Shown piece by piece: positions 21,367-30,725 of a DNA stretch of 64,000 bases (its first letter is position 1; every line of letters starts with the position of its first letter). This DNA comes from an uncultured Pseudomonadota bacterium (GTDB lineage: Bacteria; Pseudomonadota; Alphaproteobacteria; RF32; CAG-239), in NCBI GenBank assembly GCA_902793695.1, contig CADBEI010000010.1, forward strand, positions 15,562 through 79,561, read 5' to 3'. The notes beneath the pieces were generated by a model. The model did not search any database and was not told the DNA's origin. It worked only from the letters and a program-made list of their open reading frames with translations. A program made the translations under genes and the position numbers.

Positions 21367-22063
21367 CTTTTTTTATTTCATCATTTAACCATAGCGGATT
21401 TTTAATATTTTTTTCCAAAAAAGCACGATGTTCAGCCAATTCCTCGGCTGATATATCAAAATGTCTTTCTATTATATTTACTTTTGAATTTGTTTTTATT
21501 TTATTAATTTTTATATTATTATCCATTGTAAATAAACCTGAATTTTCATCACCATATAATAATTTATAATATACTTCATACAATAACTGTGCATCAAGTA
21601 GAGCTCCGTGAAAAACACGCGCCGAATCATCTATATTAAATCTTTTACATAGCGCTTCCAAACTGTTATGTTGCCCCGGAAATTTTTTACGTGCAATTGC
21701 AAGTGTATCTATAATTCTGTCAGTGTCATCATAAGTTTTATATCCGCATTTTTTTAATTCCATATTAATGAAATTCATATCAAACATTGCATTATGCGCC
21801 ACAAAAATACCGTCATCACCCACAAAATCAATCCATTTTTGCGCAATTTCATAAAATTTAGGCTTATCTGCAAGTTGTTCATTGGTAATACCGTGAATAG
21901 CTATAACTTCATCCGACATTTCTCTTTCCGGATTTATATATTCATGAAAAGTTTTTCCGGTCGGAATATGGTCTATAAGTTCCAATGCACCTATTTCTAC
22001 AATTCTATCGCCATGTTCCGGAAATCTTCCGGTAGTTTCGGTATCAAAACATATTTCTCTCAT
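21359..22063 (-). CDS. dnaQ: DNA polymerase III epsilon subunit (3'-5' exonuclease, DEDDh)
   Basis: 234 aa. Exo I FDTETTG, Exo II VAHNAMFDMNF, Exo III HGALLDAQLL. Confidence 0.85.
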   Translation of the reverse strand: MREICFDTETTGRFPEHGDRIVEIGALELIDHIPTGKTFHEYINPEREMSDEVIAIHGITNEQLADKPKFYEIAQKWIDFVGDDGIFVAHNAMFDMNFINMELKKCGYKTYDDTDRIIDTLAIARKKFPGQHNSLEALCKRFNIDDSARVFHGALLDAQLLYEVYYKLLYGDENSGLFTMDNNIKINKIKTNSKVNIIERHFDISAEELAEHRAFLEKNIKNPLWLNDEIKKDA

Positions 22064-22641
22064 TATAATATCTCATCCATAAATTGCATTATTTGTAACT
22101 TATTTATATTTTCCGGTTCGCCGGTATTTATAATAAAATCAGCGTAAGCTCTTTTTTCAGCCTGCGAAATTTGTACCTTTATTATTTTATAAAAATCGGC
22201 CTCAGATATATTGTCTCTTTTCATAACTCTTTGTTTTTGTATTTCTTCATCTATATCAGCAACTATTATATAATCACAATAAATATCCCAATTTTTTTCA
22301 AAAAGCAAAGCAGCATCAAAAAATATTACATCAGCATTACGACTGAATTTATTAATAACTTTTTTTATTTTCTTTTTTAAAAACGGGTGTATTAATTGCT
22401 CTAATTTCTGTAATTGGTTTTTATTATCAAAAACCAAATTTCTTAAACTTCTTTTATTAAAAACACCATTCTCGAAAGTTGTCGGAAAATTTTGCTTTAT
22501 TATATCTAAAAATTCTGTTTTTTTATAAATATCACGTACCCATTTATCTGGATTATAAACAGCGAATCCCATTTTTTTTATTATATTTGCCAGATATGTT
22601 TTACCGCAGCCGATGGAACCGGTTATTCCTATTATTAACAT
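22063..22641 (-). CDS. coaE: Dephospho-CoA kinase
   Basis: 192 aa with P-loop GITGSIGCGKT at the N-terminus. Confidence 0.85.
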   Translation of the reverse strand: MLIIGITGSIGCGKTYLANIIKKMGFAVYNPDKWVRDIYKKTEFLDIIKQNFPTTFENGVFNKRSLRNLVFDNKNQLQKLEQLIHPFLKKKIKKVINKFSRNADVIFFDAALLFEKNWDIYCDYIIVADIDEEIQKQRVMKRDNISEADFYKIIKVQISQAEKRAYADFIINTGEPENINKLQIMQFMDEIL

Positions 22642-22987
22642 TTTTATCCTTTAAACAAAAAGTTATGTATTTTATACACATATACACCATAAAATGTGTA
22701 TAAAAACACTACTTAAAAAATTTTTAGCAAATTGTATACATATTGTAAAAAAATTAAAATAAGTTATTAACATGTTCATAAAAATTTACACATATTGTTA
22801 ATTATGTTTATAAAAAAATTAACTATTTTTTAACTTATTGATTTATTAAAAAATTAACTTCATTAAAAAATTTAAAATATGAACATATCTTTTATAATAT
22901 AATTTTATCAACAAAAATAACAAGGTTATATAATAAAAAACAAAATTTATTTAAAAATTAATAGGTAAAAAATTTGTGCAAAAAATG

Positions 22988-23016
22988 TTGACTTTTTTAC
23001 TTTTATTTTATATAAA
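22988..23016 (+). promoter_or_regulatory. Sigma70-like promoter upstream of rho (TTGACT, 17 nt spacer, TATAAA)
   Basis: The match to consensus sits about 55 nt upstream of the rho ATG, inside a 430-bp AT-rich divergent intergenic region. Confidence 0.4.
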
Positions 23017-23072
23017 ACACTCAATGAATTTTTAATATTCATTTCTTTTTTTAACAATCATAAAAGGTTATC

Positions 23073-24273
23073 ATGCATTTAAGAGAATTGAAAGATAAGT
23101 CTCCGACTGAGCTTTTGACTCAGGCTGAAGATATGGGAATTGAAGACGCATCTTCCATGCGGGTTCAAGATTTGGTTTTTGCTATTATGAAAAAATTAGC
23201 CGAAGATGACACTGTTATTTGCGGTGATGGTGTTATTGAAGTTATGCAGGACGGTTTTGGTTTTTTACGCTCGGCAAAATCAAACTTTTTAGCCAGTGCC
23301 GATGATATATATGTTTCTCCGCAGCAGGTTAAAAAATTTGCACTTCGTACCGGTGATTCGGTTGAAGGAGAAATCAGAGCTCCAAAAGAAAATGAACGTT
23401 ATTTTGCTTTAACTAAAATAAATACCATAAATTTTGATGATCCGGAAAAATCTAAAATGCGGGTTAATTTTGATAACTTAACTCCTTTATATCCTACGGA
23501 AAAGCTTAATTTTGATATAATATGCGGGGATAAAGATTATACAACACGGGTTATAGATTTAATTTCTCCGCAAGGTAAAGGGCAACGCGGGTTGATTGTA
23601 GCACCGCCGCGTACCGGTAAGACTGTTATGTTGCAGAATATTGCACACGCGATTGCAATGAATCATCCGGAAGTATATTTAATGGTTCTTTTGATTGATG
23701 AGCGTCCGGAAGAAGTTACGGATATGACGCGTTCGGTAAAGGGTGAAGTTATATCTTCCACTTTTGATGAACCGGCAACACGCCATGTTCAGGTTGCGGA
23801 AATGTGTATTGAAAAAGCTAAACGTTTGGTTGAAACCAAAAAAGATGTAGTAATTTTACTTGATTCAATTACTCGTCTCGGTCGTGCTTATAATGCGGTT
23901 GTACCTTCTTCAGGTAAAGTTTTGACCGGTGGTGTTGATGCTAATGCTTTACAACGCCCGAAGCGTCTTTTAGGTGCGGCGCGTAATGTGGAAGAGGGTG
24001 GTTCTTTAACTATTATTGCCACAGCTTTGATTGATACCGGTTCGCGTATGGATGAAGTTATTTTTGAAGAATTTAAAGGTACCGGTAATTCGGAAATTAT
24101 ATTGGATAGAAAATTAACCGATAAGCGTTTGTTCCCTACTATTGATATAACTCGTTCCGGCACACGTAAAGAAGAACTTTTGGTGGATAAAGCCACTCTT
24201 ACCAAAATGTGGGTTGGATAAACTCAGAAATTCCAAAGATAATAACGACTTTTTCCAAAATATGAACTCTTAA
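23073..24273 (+). CDS. rho: Transcription termination factor Rho, 3' end disrupted. The main frame stops at 24221 after ...KMWVG, and the conserved C-terminus ([19 protein letters not shown]) continues in the +1 frame to 24273.
   Basis: N-terminal, CSD-like and RecA-like domains are present ([15 protein letters not shown] Walker A, R-loop and Q-loop regions). About 18 codons expected between KMWV and LDKL are absent. Confidence 0.75.
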
Positions 24274-24300
24274 AATATGTGATAAGGTAATTATAATAAG

Positions 24301-24350
24301 CACTTATTCTTGTATATGTTTAATATATATAAGAATAAGTGTTTTACTTT
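24301..24350 (+). terminator. Rho-independent terminator after rho
   Basis: Perfect 11-bp stem cacttattctt / aagaataagtg with a 19-nt AT loop, followed by TTTTACTTT. Confidence 0.6.
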
Positions 24351-24374
24351 AGTTGAATAATAAAAAGATATTAT

Positions 24375-24617
24375 TTAAAAATCCTCGGCATCATCTTCTT
24401 CATATTTATCATATACCTCTGTCAGCGGGATTCCGCACAGATAGTAGCGTGTTTTAAATTCTCCGGTATTTTTATTTTTTATCTCTTTGGTTTTCCATAT
24501 CGGTAAACCGAGAATTTTATATTCCGTGGTTTCATAGTCGGTTGTAATTGAAAAAAGCGATATAAAACCAAAAAGGTCGTATGAAGTTGTAATTTGTTTT
24601 GATGATTTTTTTAACAT
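24375..24617 (-). CDS. Hypothetical 80-aa protein with acidic C-terminus
   Basis: ATG preceded by an AAGGAG RBS. No recognisable domain. Confidence 0.45.
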   Translation of the reverse strand: MLKKSSKQITTSYDLFGFISLFSITTDYETTEYKILGLPIWKTKEIKNKNTGEFKTRYYLCGIPLTEVYDKYEEDDAEDF

Positions 24618-24639
24618 CTATAATTCTCCTTAAGTCTGT

Positions 24640-24945
24640 TTATTTATTAGGGCAAATTGCTTCCAATTTTTCTATAAGTTGTTCGCGGATATTTTCTTTG
24701 GTATAAAAGAATGAATCATAGATTTCGCGCGTGCGCTCATCTATTTTGAAATTGTTTTCGCAATATTCAATCACACGATTAACAACTGCATCTTCGTTAA
24801 AGAACACATCAGGAAGAATATATTGTTTATAATCAAATCCGGCTAAATCCTTACGTTCATATTCAGGAAGTGATGAATCTTCTCTATCACAGATTTCATA
24901 TTTCCAGATAATGCATGATGCGGTGCAAAATATAATGAGATGTTA
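24640..24945 (-). pseudogene. Start-less ORF of about 100 codons, likely a gene remnant, immediately upstream of and co-oriented with the 80-aa ORF
   Basis: The open frame encodes ...KYEICDREDSSLPEYERKDLAGFDYKQYILPDVFFNEDAVVNRVIEYCENNFKIDERTREIYDSFFYTKENIREQLIEKLEAICPNK. It has no in-frame ATG, GTG or TTG with an RBS. It is absent from the ORF track. Confidence 0.3.
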
Positions 24946-25378
24946 AATATTTATTTAATTTAGTGTTATGCAATAAGCTTTTTAAACATTTTTCCCAAAT
25001 ATTCTTGTACATTATATACCGGCACTATTATCGATATTTTCGGCTTTATTTCGCCTTTTTTATTTTTCATCACAACTTCCTTCGGTTTTATTAACAAACA
25101 AAAAAGCCGCTTAAAAAAAGCGACTGGAAGTTGGTAACAATGCAATAGGATTGTGCGACATATTAGCCATAACCGGCATACATCTCGCGAATAATATATG
25201 TAGTTTTAAAACGGCGTATTTTGCCGCCTTCCAGTCATATACCATATATACATGACCGGCAGACGCACAACCTTACGTCTTTATATACTTTCTATTGCAG
25301 AGGCTACCACACCCCAGATAATTCTCATTATCTGTTTTGCTTATAAAATGAAAAAGTGATAATGTAAAGCAAAAAATT

Positions 25379-25912
25379 TTATAAGTCTTTGTTGCGGCGT
25401 AAAAGAATATATAAAGCGCCTTTACCGCCGTGTTTTTCCGACGGATTTTTAAATACCAAAATCATCGAACGAATACGAGACATATTAAGCCATTGCGGAG
25501 TTTGCCGTTTTAAAACTCCTTTCGGCGCATAGATATCATCGTTTTGATGAATATTGCCTTTTCCGGTAACAACAACCACACAGCGTTTTCCCTGATTATA
25601 GCATGAAGTTATGAAATCTTCCACTTTTTCAAAGGCATCATCTTCTTTATAACCGTGTAAATCAAGCACGGCTTCAATTCTGAATTCTTCGCGTTTAAAT
25701 TTATTAAGGGTGTTTTTATCAATTCCGCCGTATTCCATATCATCTAAATTTTTGGAATAGGTGGAAAATTCCTGTTTTACTGCATATTGACGATGATTTT
25801 TTACGGTTATTTGCGGTTGCGGTTTATCTTCAACAGTATTAACAACCGGTGTCGGATTGATATCTTTGACCGTTTCCTGCCAAAACAATTCATCTTCTTC
25901 ATCGGGCAGCAT
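25379..25912 (-). CDS. Smr-domain protein
   Basis: 177 aa. C-terminal Smr motif LDLHG...VVTGKG. Confidence 0.75.
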   Translation of the reverse strand: MLPDEEDELFWQETVKDINPTPVVNTVEDKPQPQITVKNHRQYAVKQEFSTYSKNLDDMEYGGIDKNTLNKFKREEFRIEAVLDLHGYKEDDAFEKVEDFITSCYNQGKRCVVVVTGKGNIHQNDDIYAPKGVLKRQTPQWLNMSRIRSMILVFKNPSEKHGGKGALYILLRRNKDL

Positions 25913-25914
25913 TA

Positions 25915-27117
25915 TTAATTTACCTTTACCGTGGTTTCTTTAGGCAGAATCAAAAAATATTTACCGACGGAATTCATACGGCCGGCATATTTAAGTGCCT
26001 CTTCGCCATGTCCCCAAAAATAGTCACCGCGCACCACACCTTTGATGGCGCTGCCGATGTCTTGCGCAAACACTATTTTATCAATACTGCGTTTGTCCGG
26101 ACTTACGGTATCAAGCCATAATATTGAGCCAAGCGGAATGTAACGGGTATCTACCGCCAAACTGCGACCGGCAGTCAAAGATACTCCGTAAGCACCCAGC
26201 GGACCGTCGGCGGTGTTGATTTTTTGAAAAATAAATCTTTCGTTTTCCGCCATCAAATCTTGTGCTTTATCCGGATTATTACGCAACCACTCGCGGATTT
26301 TAGGCATAGAAGAATCTTCAGATTTTATGAACCCTTTGGATATTAAAATACTACCGATACCCTTGAATTTATAACCGTTATTGTCGGCATAACCTATTCT
26401 GATTTCGCTACCGTCATCCATTTTAGCCACGGCCGAACCCTGAATTTGCATAAAATGGATGTCTACCAAGTCATCACCCCAAACAATAACCGGTGCTGAT
26501 ATGCCGTTGTTTTCAATATCGCGGCGGCTATAATAAGGCACAAATTTATTATCAACCACACGACCGACCAAACGGGTATTAGGTAAATCTTTATCAAAAT
26601 CACGCAGATTAATTTCGATTAAATCGTTCGGTTTTCCGTATACAGGGTATTTATAGCGTTCGCTTTTATGATAAGATGCATTTATAACCGCTTCGTAGTA
26701 AGATGTAAATTTTCCCTCGGCTTTGCCATTATCAGAAACAGCATAAGGGATAAACTCATCTTCCAAAAATTTTTTCATTTCGGAAGCGGTTTTTATGTTT
26801 TTATTGTTGAATTTATTACATTTATTTTGCAAATCCGCCGCCGGTATTTTTAAATTTTCGCTACTTATATAATAATTTTTATTTTTAAAAATTTGGGCAC
26901 AATTCTTTTTGAAAACCGGAATTATCTCGGCAAAATTTTCACTGTTCCAACCGGATAAATCGGAAAAAGACGCTTTTTTTATTTGCATATTACCTGAAAT
27001 ATCCGTAACGACAGATTCTTTATGACAGCCGTCAATACCGCATATCAGCAGTATTATTAAGGCAATATTAAGAGCTTTTTTTGGTTGAAACCAATGTCCA
27101 ATTTTTATTTTTTGCAT
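25915..27117 (-). CDS. mltA: Membrane-bound lytic murein transglycosylase A (MltA-like lipoprotein with 3D domain)
   Basis: MltA-type architecture. C-terminal DTG..AIKG...D..G 3D-domain-like motif. N-terminal lipoprotein-like LLICGIDGC. The start is taken at the internal Met. Confidence 0.75.
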   Translation of the reverse strand: MQKIKIGHWFQPKKALNIALIILLICGIDGCHKESVVTDISGNMQIKKASFSDLSGWNSENFAEIIPVFKKNCAQIFKNKNYYISSENLKIPAADLQNKCNKFNNKNIKTASEMKKFLEDEFIPYAVSDNGKAEGKFTSYYEAVINASYHKSERYKYPVYGKPNDLIEINLRDFDKDLPNTRLVGRVVDNKFVPYYSRRDIENNGISAPVIVWGDDLVDIHFMQIQGSAVAKMDDGSEIRIGYADNNGYKFKGIGSILISKGFIKSEDSSMPKIREWLRNNPDKAQDLMAENERFIFQKINTADGPLGAYGVSLTAGRSLAVDTRYIPLGSILWLDTVSPDKRSIDKIVFAQDIGSAIKGVVRGDYFWGHGEEALKYAGRMNSVGKYFLILPKETTVKVN

Positions 27118-27724
27118 TGAAAAGTCTTTCAAAAGTCCATACATCGGTGATATTTTGCACAAAGTTTTCATCACCTTCGATAATTTTTCCATCAGCGTCT
27201 TTTAAGATATTTATTTGTTCGCTTTCAAATTCCACAATAACTTTTACGCTGTTTTTCAAAAGTTTTATGTCTTTTATTTCACTTTTTTTGAAACAAATAA
27301 AATCAACTTCCGAAGTTATGTGGTTTTCTTTTCTGAAAAGCAGAATCTTGTTGAAGGCATCCCAAATTTTTTTGCTGACCAATCCTTTTATATTTTCGAT
27401 ATTACCGGTACTGAAGGATTGCAACACCATCTCAAAAACCCGACACGCGCCCTGTAAAAATTTATCTTTATTGAAATCGCCGATTTTATTGAGGGTTGTG
27501 CTTTTGGAATTTGAATTATCAATGGTTATAACGGCCTCATTTTTATTTTCTTTGATTATTTGTTTCAGGTTTTCCATAACTTCATTATCGGCATTGCTGT
27601 CAACAGGTTTGATTATGACGCGGATGTTTTTTTCGTTGCCGTGAGAACCGAATGCACCGTATAAACGCGAAACTATAAAAACAACGAGAATCGTTAAAAA
27701 TATTATATCAATAAAAGACACCAT
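27068..27724 (-). CDS. Tim44-like domain membrane protein
   Basis: 218 aa with an N-terminal TM helix. Its position immediately upstream of mltA-smr is a conserved arrangement (recalled from alphaproteobacteria). Confidence 0.6.
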   Translation of the reverse strand: MVSFIDIIFLTILVVFIVSRLYGAFGSHGNEKNIRVIIKPVDSNADNEVMENLKQIIKENKNEAVITIDNSNSKSTTLNKIGDFNKDKFLQGACRVFEMVLQSFSTGNIENIKGLVSKKIWDAFNKILLFRKENHITSEVDFICFKKSEIKDIKLLKNSVKVIVEFESEQINILKDADGKIIEGDENFVQNITDVWTFERLFNAKNKNWTLVSTKKSS

Positions 27725-27853
27725 TTTATTTATCCCAAATTTTATTCTGCTACAAATATAATAACAAAAAATTTTTTAATCAACATAAAATATTTGACGT
27801 ATTCAAATTTTAGTATTATTTGTAAAGAAAATTTTGCAAAAAAGGAGAGAAAA

Positions 27854-28333
27854 ATGGCAAAAGAAGAAAAAAAGGAAAATACAGTGAATGTTGAACAGCC
27901 GGAAGGCATTATGATTCATAGTCAATATATTAAGGATTTGTCTTTGGAAATTCCGTATGCTCCGGAAATTTTCAGAGAAATGAATCAAAATCCGAATGTT
28001 CATATTGATATAAGTTTAGCCAATAAATCTGTTGACAAAGACTTGTATGAAGTTGCTTTGACCGCAAAAATCAATGCCGATTTGGGTGAAAAGAAGCTCT
28101 TTATCTTGGAATTGACATATGCTTGTTTGGCAACTGTAAGAATTCCGGCCGAACATTTGGAACCGGTATTGTATATTGAATTGCCGCGCATGTTGTTCCC
28201 GTTTGTTCGCTCGATTATTGCCAACAATATGTCCGAAGCCGGATTGCCGGCAATGCTTATCAGTCCGATAGATTTTGTTGCGCTGTATAGTGCAAAGAAA
28301 GCTAAAGAAGCTGAAAAAGCAGAGAAAAAATAA
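27854..28333 (+). CDS. secB: Protein-export chaperone SecB
   Basis: ATG with an AAAGGAGAG RBS. The sequence contains ...ILELTYACLATV...YIELPRMLFPFVRSIIAN..., typical SecB, and an acidic C-terminus. Confidence 0.85.
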   Translation: MAKEEKKENTVNVEQPEGIMIHSQYIKDLSLEIPYAPEIFREMNQNPNVHIDISLANKSVDKDLYEVALTAKINADLGEKKLFILELTYACLATVRIPAEHLEPVLYIELPRMLFPFVRSIIANNMSEAGLPAMLISPIDFVALYSAKKAKEAEKAEKK

Positions 28334-28348
28334 TAAGAATTTCCGACG

Positions 28349-28819
28349 ATGCGTTTAGCTTTATATCAGCCGGATATTCCGCAAAATACAGGCACGCTCC
28401 TTCGTTTGGGAGCGTGTTTGGATTTGGCGGTCGATATTATTGAGCCGTGCGGATTTTTGTTTAATGAAAAAGCCATGCGTCGCGCCGGAATGGATTATTT
28501 GGAATTTGCCAATTATCGCCGCCACGATTCTTGGGAGGATTTTTTGGCTTATCGCCGAGCGAATCCGCAAGAATACGGACGGATTGTTTTATTAACCACC
28601 AAAGGGAATATTTCTTTTTTGGATTTTAAGTTTAAGCCCAACGACATTATTTTGATGGGGCGCGAAAGTGCCGGTGTGCCGGAAAATGTACATAATATGG
28701 CTGACGCGCAATTACTTATTCCGATGAATCCGCAGGCACGCTCGATTAATATGGCGGTTTCAGCAGCTATGGCCGTAACCGAGGGTTTGCGGCAAATCGG
28801 AGGTTTTCCCAAAATATAA
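28349..28819 (+). CDS. trmL: tRNA (cytidine/uridine-2'-O)-methyltransferase TrmL (SpoU/TrmH family)
   Basis: 156 aa with QNTGTLLR and GRESAGVP motifs. Confidence 0.85.
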   Translation: MRLALYQPDIPQNTGTLLRLGACLDLAVDIIEPCGFLFNEKAMRRAGMDYLEFANYRRHDSWEDFLAYRRANPQEYGRIVLLTTKGNISFLDFKFKPNDIILMGRESAGVPENVHNMADAQLLIPMNPQARSINMAVSAAMAVTEGLRQIGGFPKI

Positions 28820-29185
28820 TCAAAACAGCGGCAAAAGAATAATCGCAGCCGCAATAAAAAAGTGTGTAAAAGCCAATAAAACCAGTAAACTGCCAATATC
28901 CTTGGCTTTTTTGGAGAGTAGGTGAAAATTCTCGCCGATGCGGTCAATAATCGTTTCAATCGCCGTATTTATAAGTTCCATAAACAAAATCAAAAATAAT
29001 GAAAAAAATAAAAAAGCAAGCTGAAGACCGGAAAGCGGTAAAAAGCAAAAAACGAATCCGCAAATTATGCAGAAAAATAAATCTTGTCTGAAAGCGGCTT
29101 CACTTTTAAATGTGGCGGCAAAGCCGTCAAAAGAATATTGAAAAGCCTTTAAAATGCGTTTAATTCCGGTGTATTCCGATTTCAT
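28820..29185 (-). CDS. dgkA: Diacylglycerol kinase (prokaryotic DgkA)
   Basis: Three TM helices. Signature ELINTAIE...DRIG. The start at MKSEY has an AAGGAG RBS. Confidence 0.8.
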   Translation of the reverse strand: MKSEYTGIKRILKAFQYSFDGFAATFKSEAAFRQDLFFCIICGFVFCFLPLSGLQLAFLFFSLFLILFMELINTAIETIIDRIGENFHLLSKKAKDIGSLLVLLAFTHFFIAAAIILLPLF

Positions 29186-29344
29186 TTTTTTCTCCTTTTT
29201 TCGAGTATATAAAGCATTTGCCATCAGTCAAGAAAAATTTGCGGTTTGAGAAATATATCTTGCTTGACAAATGAAACAATACGTTATATCAATGCGCCGA
29301 TATTTTTATTTTTTATAAATTTTGAAGATTATAATTTTGAATAT

Positions 29345-29728
29345 ATGGAAAAACAAAAGTTAAATGTCGGTGATATTGTGTTGCGTAACAATAAACTTTC
29401 GGCGCCTAAAGTACCGATTAAAGCCAAAGGAATCGTACTTAATCAAAGGTTTTATGTTGATTTGGATTCGATGATTAAAACACCTATATCAAAGAAAGAG
29501 GCGCTGATTTACGGACAAAAGATGAATATTCTGCTGCCGACCGAAAGGCAAATGAATGTGATAAGGCGGAACATAAATATCATAAACGAAAGTTTGCTCG
29601 GTATCGGTCGCGGAGATTGTTTGTTGTTTGATGACCATATTCGTAATGAATTTTGGACCAGATGCGGCAGTCAGGAGGATAACGGCGAAAGACGACGCGT
29701 TTTGTTTATTGCTCCGATTAAAAAATAA
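29345..29728 (+). CDS. Hypothetical 127-aa protein
   Basis: Start taken at MEKQKLNVGD. Followed by a strong terminator. No recognisable domain. Confidence 0.5.
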   Translation: MEKQKLNVGDIVLRNNKLSAPKVPIKAKGIVLNQRFYVDLDSMIKTPISKKEALIYGQKMNILLPTERQMNVIRRNINIINESLLGIGRGDCLLFDDHIRNEFWTRCGSQEDNGERRRVLFIAPIKK

Positions 29729-29732
29729 AAAA

Positions 29733-29767
29733 AACCGTATCCGTTTTAAGGGATACGGTTTTTTTGT
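29733..29767 (+). terminator. Rho-independent terminator
   Basis: accgtatcc-gttttaag-ggatacggt followed by T7. Confidence 0.6.
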
Positions 29768-29795
29768 CGCTAATACATATTCAGCATATGTTTAC

Positions 29796-29930
29796 CAGTG
29801 CTGCATGTATTTTGCCTCTTTCCACCATTCCGGAGAAAAGATGTTGACTTTTAAAAACTTTCTGCCGGCCATTTGACCGAGGATGCCGGAAAGCATTCCG
29901 AGCATCAAGAAAAATACACCTTTTTTCATA
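29796..29930 (-). CDS. Possible 44-aa small membrane peptide (MKKGVFFLMLGMLSGILGQMAGRKFLKVNIFSPEWWKEAKYMQHW)
   Basis: ATG-initiated ORF not in the track, with one predicted TM helix. No convincing RBS. Confidence 0.25.
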
Positions 29931-30063
29931 TATATATATAATGGGTTTGAAAAATTTTTCGTTTCGATAAGTACCCACGGTACAATAATTTCACAATTAT
30001 TTGATTGAACAGAACGGATAATATGTCAAAAAGGAAAAATAGTCAATACCCAAAATAAAAAAA

Positions 30064-30092
30064 ATTGACAAATGGAGAAATATCGTCTATTC
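30064..30092 (+). promoter_or_regulatory. Sigma70-like promoter (TTGACA, 17 nt spacer, TATTCT) upstream of ORF 30149
   Basis: Sequence match only. Confidence 0.35.
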
Positions 30093-30148
30093 TACAATAA
30101 ATTCAAATTATTTTTTAGAACCCCTGAAAAGGACAGGGTATAGTTATT

Positions 30149-30505
30149 ATGGCAAAGGCAATTATTGAAGGAACGGTAAAGCGAATTGCAAAGTTGCTTT
30201 ACCCCGACCGCACACAGGTGACGGTACACACCAACAAAACCATTGTCGAAGGTCATGAATTTTCTCTCGGGGAGAAAGTGACTTTTGAGGTTGGTATGTT
30301 CGGGATTTCTCGCTGCTCGTTTAAGGTTGCGTTGTACAACCTTGCGCCCGGCGATGAAGTCAAGGTTGAGTTCGACATGGTCAACGGCAAGTGGGAGGTT
30401 GTGAACATGGAGAACACACCGGATATCGGCAGGCAGGTTGAGGATTGGTTTGACGACCTTTCCAAAGACCTTGAATACTGGCGTAAGAAGGGTTCGGTTC
30501 TATAA
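30149..30505 (+). CDS. Hypothetical 118-aa protein in a locally GC-elevated (about 48-50%) segment
   Basis: Clean ORF with a nearby promoter and a downstream terminator. Its composition differs from the AT-rich flanks. It abuts the 3' ends of two tRNA-Val genes. Confidence 0.6.
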   Translation: MAKAIIEGTVKRIAKLLYPDRTQVTVHTNKTIVEGHEFSLGEKVTFEVGMFGISRCSFKVALYNLAPGDEVKVEFDMVNGKWEVVNMENTPDIGRQVEDWFDDLSKDLEYWRKKGSVL

Positions 30506-30518
30506 AGGATTAAAAAAA

Positions 30519-30556
30519 TACAGGTCAGACTTGAGTGTCTGGCCTGTATTTTTATT
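30519..30556 (+). terminator. Rho-independent terminator
   Basis: acaggtcagac-ttgagt-gtctggcctgt followed by a T-run. Confidence 0.55.
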
Positions 30557-30631
30557 TGGTAGTCCCGAGCAGAGTTGAACTGCTGACCCATCCATGTGAA
30601 GGATATGTGATAACCGTTTCACCACGGAACT
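30557..30631 (-). tRNA. tRNA-Val (anticodon CAC), CCA encoded
   Basis: The reverse complement reads AGTTCCGTGGTGAAACGGTTATCACATATCCTTCACATGGATGGGTCAGCAGTTCAACTCTGCTCGGGACTACCA. It has a 7-bp acceptor, D-loop GG, U33, A37, T-loop TTCAACT and A73. Confidence 0.7.
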
Positions 30632-30650
30632 ATATAAAACAGGGAAAGAT

Positions 30651-30725
30651 TGGTAGTCCCGAGCAGAGTTGAACTGCTGACTCATCCATGTCAAGGATAC
30701 GTGATAACCGTTTCACCACGGAACT
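30651..30725 (-). tRNA. tRNA-Val (anticodon GAC), CCA encoded
   Basis: Near-identical to the preceding tRNA, with anticodon loop TTGACAT and 4 other substitutions. Confidence 0.7.

Noticed and set aside
22642-23072. Chromosomal replication origin
   Set aside because: There are only two imperfect DnaA-box-like 9-mers and no dnaA nearby. Evidence is insufficient, so it is listed only as a low-interest observation.
25080-25330. Candidate tmRNA, RNase P RNA or SRP RNA in the non-coding stretch
   Set aside because: None of the universal motifs I can recall are present. These are the tmRNA 3' tRNA-like GGTTCGAATCC...CCA, the RNase P GGAAAGTCCGG or ACAGAACCCGGCTTA boxes, and the SRP GGAAGCAGCC box. 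I kept it only as an unspecified structured region.
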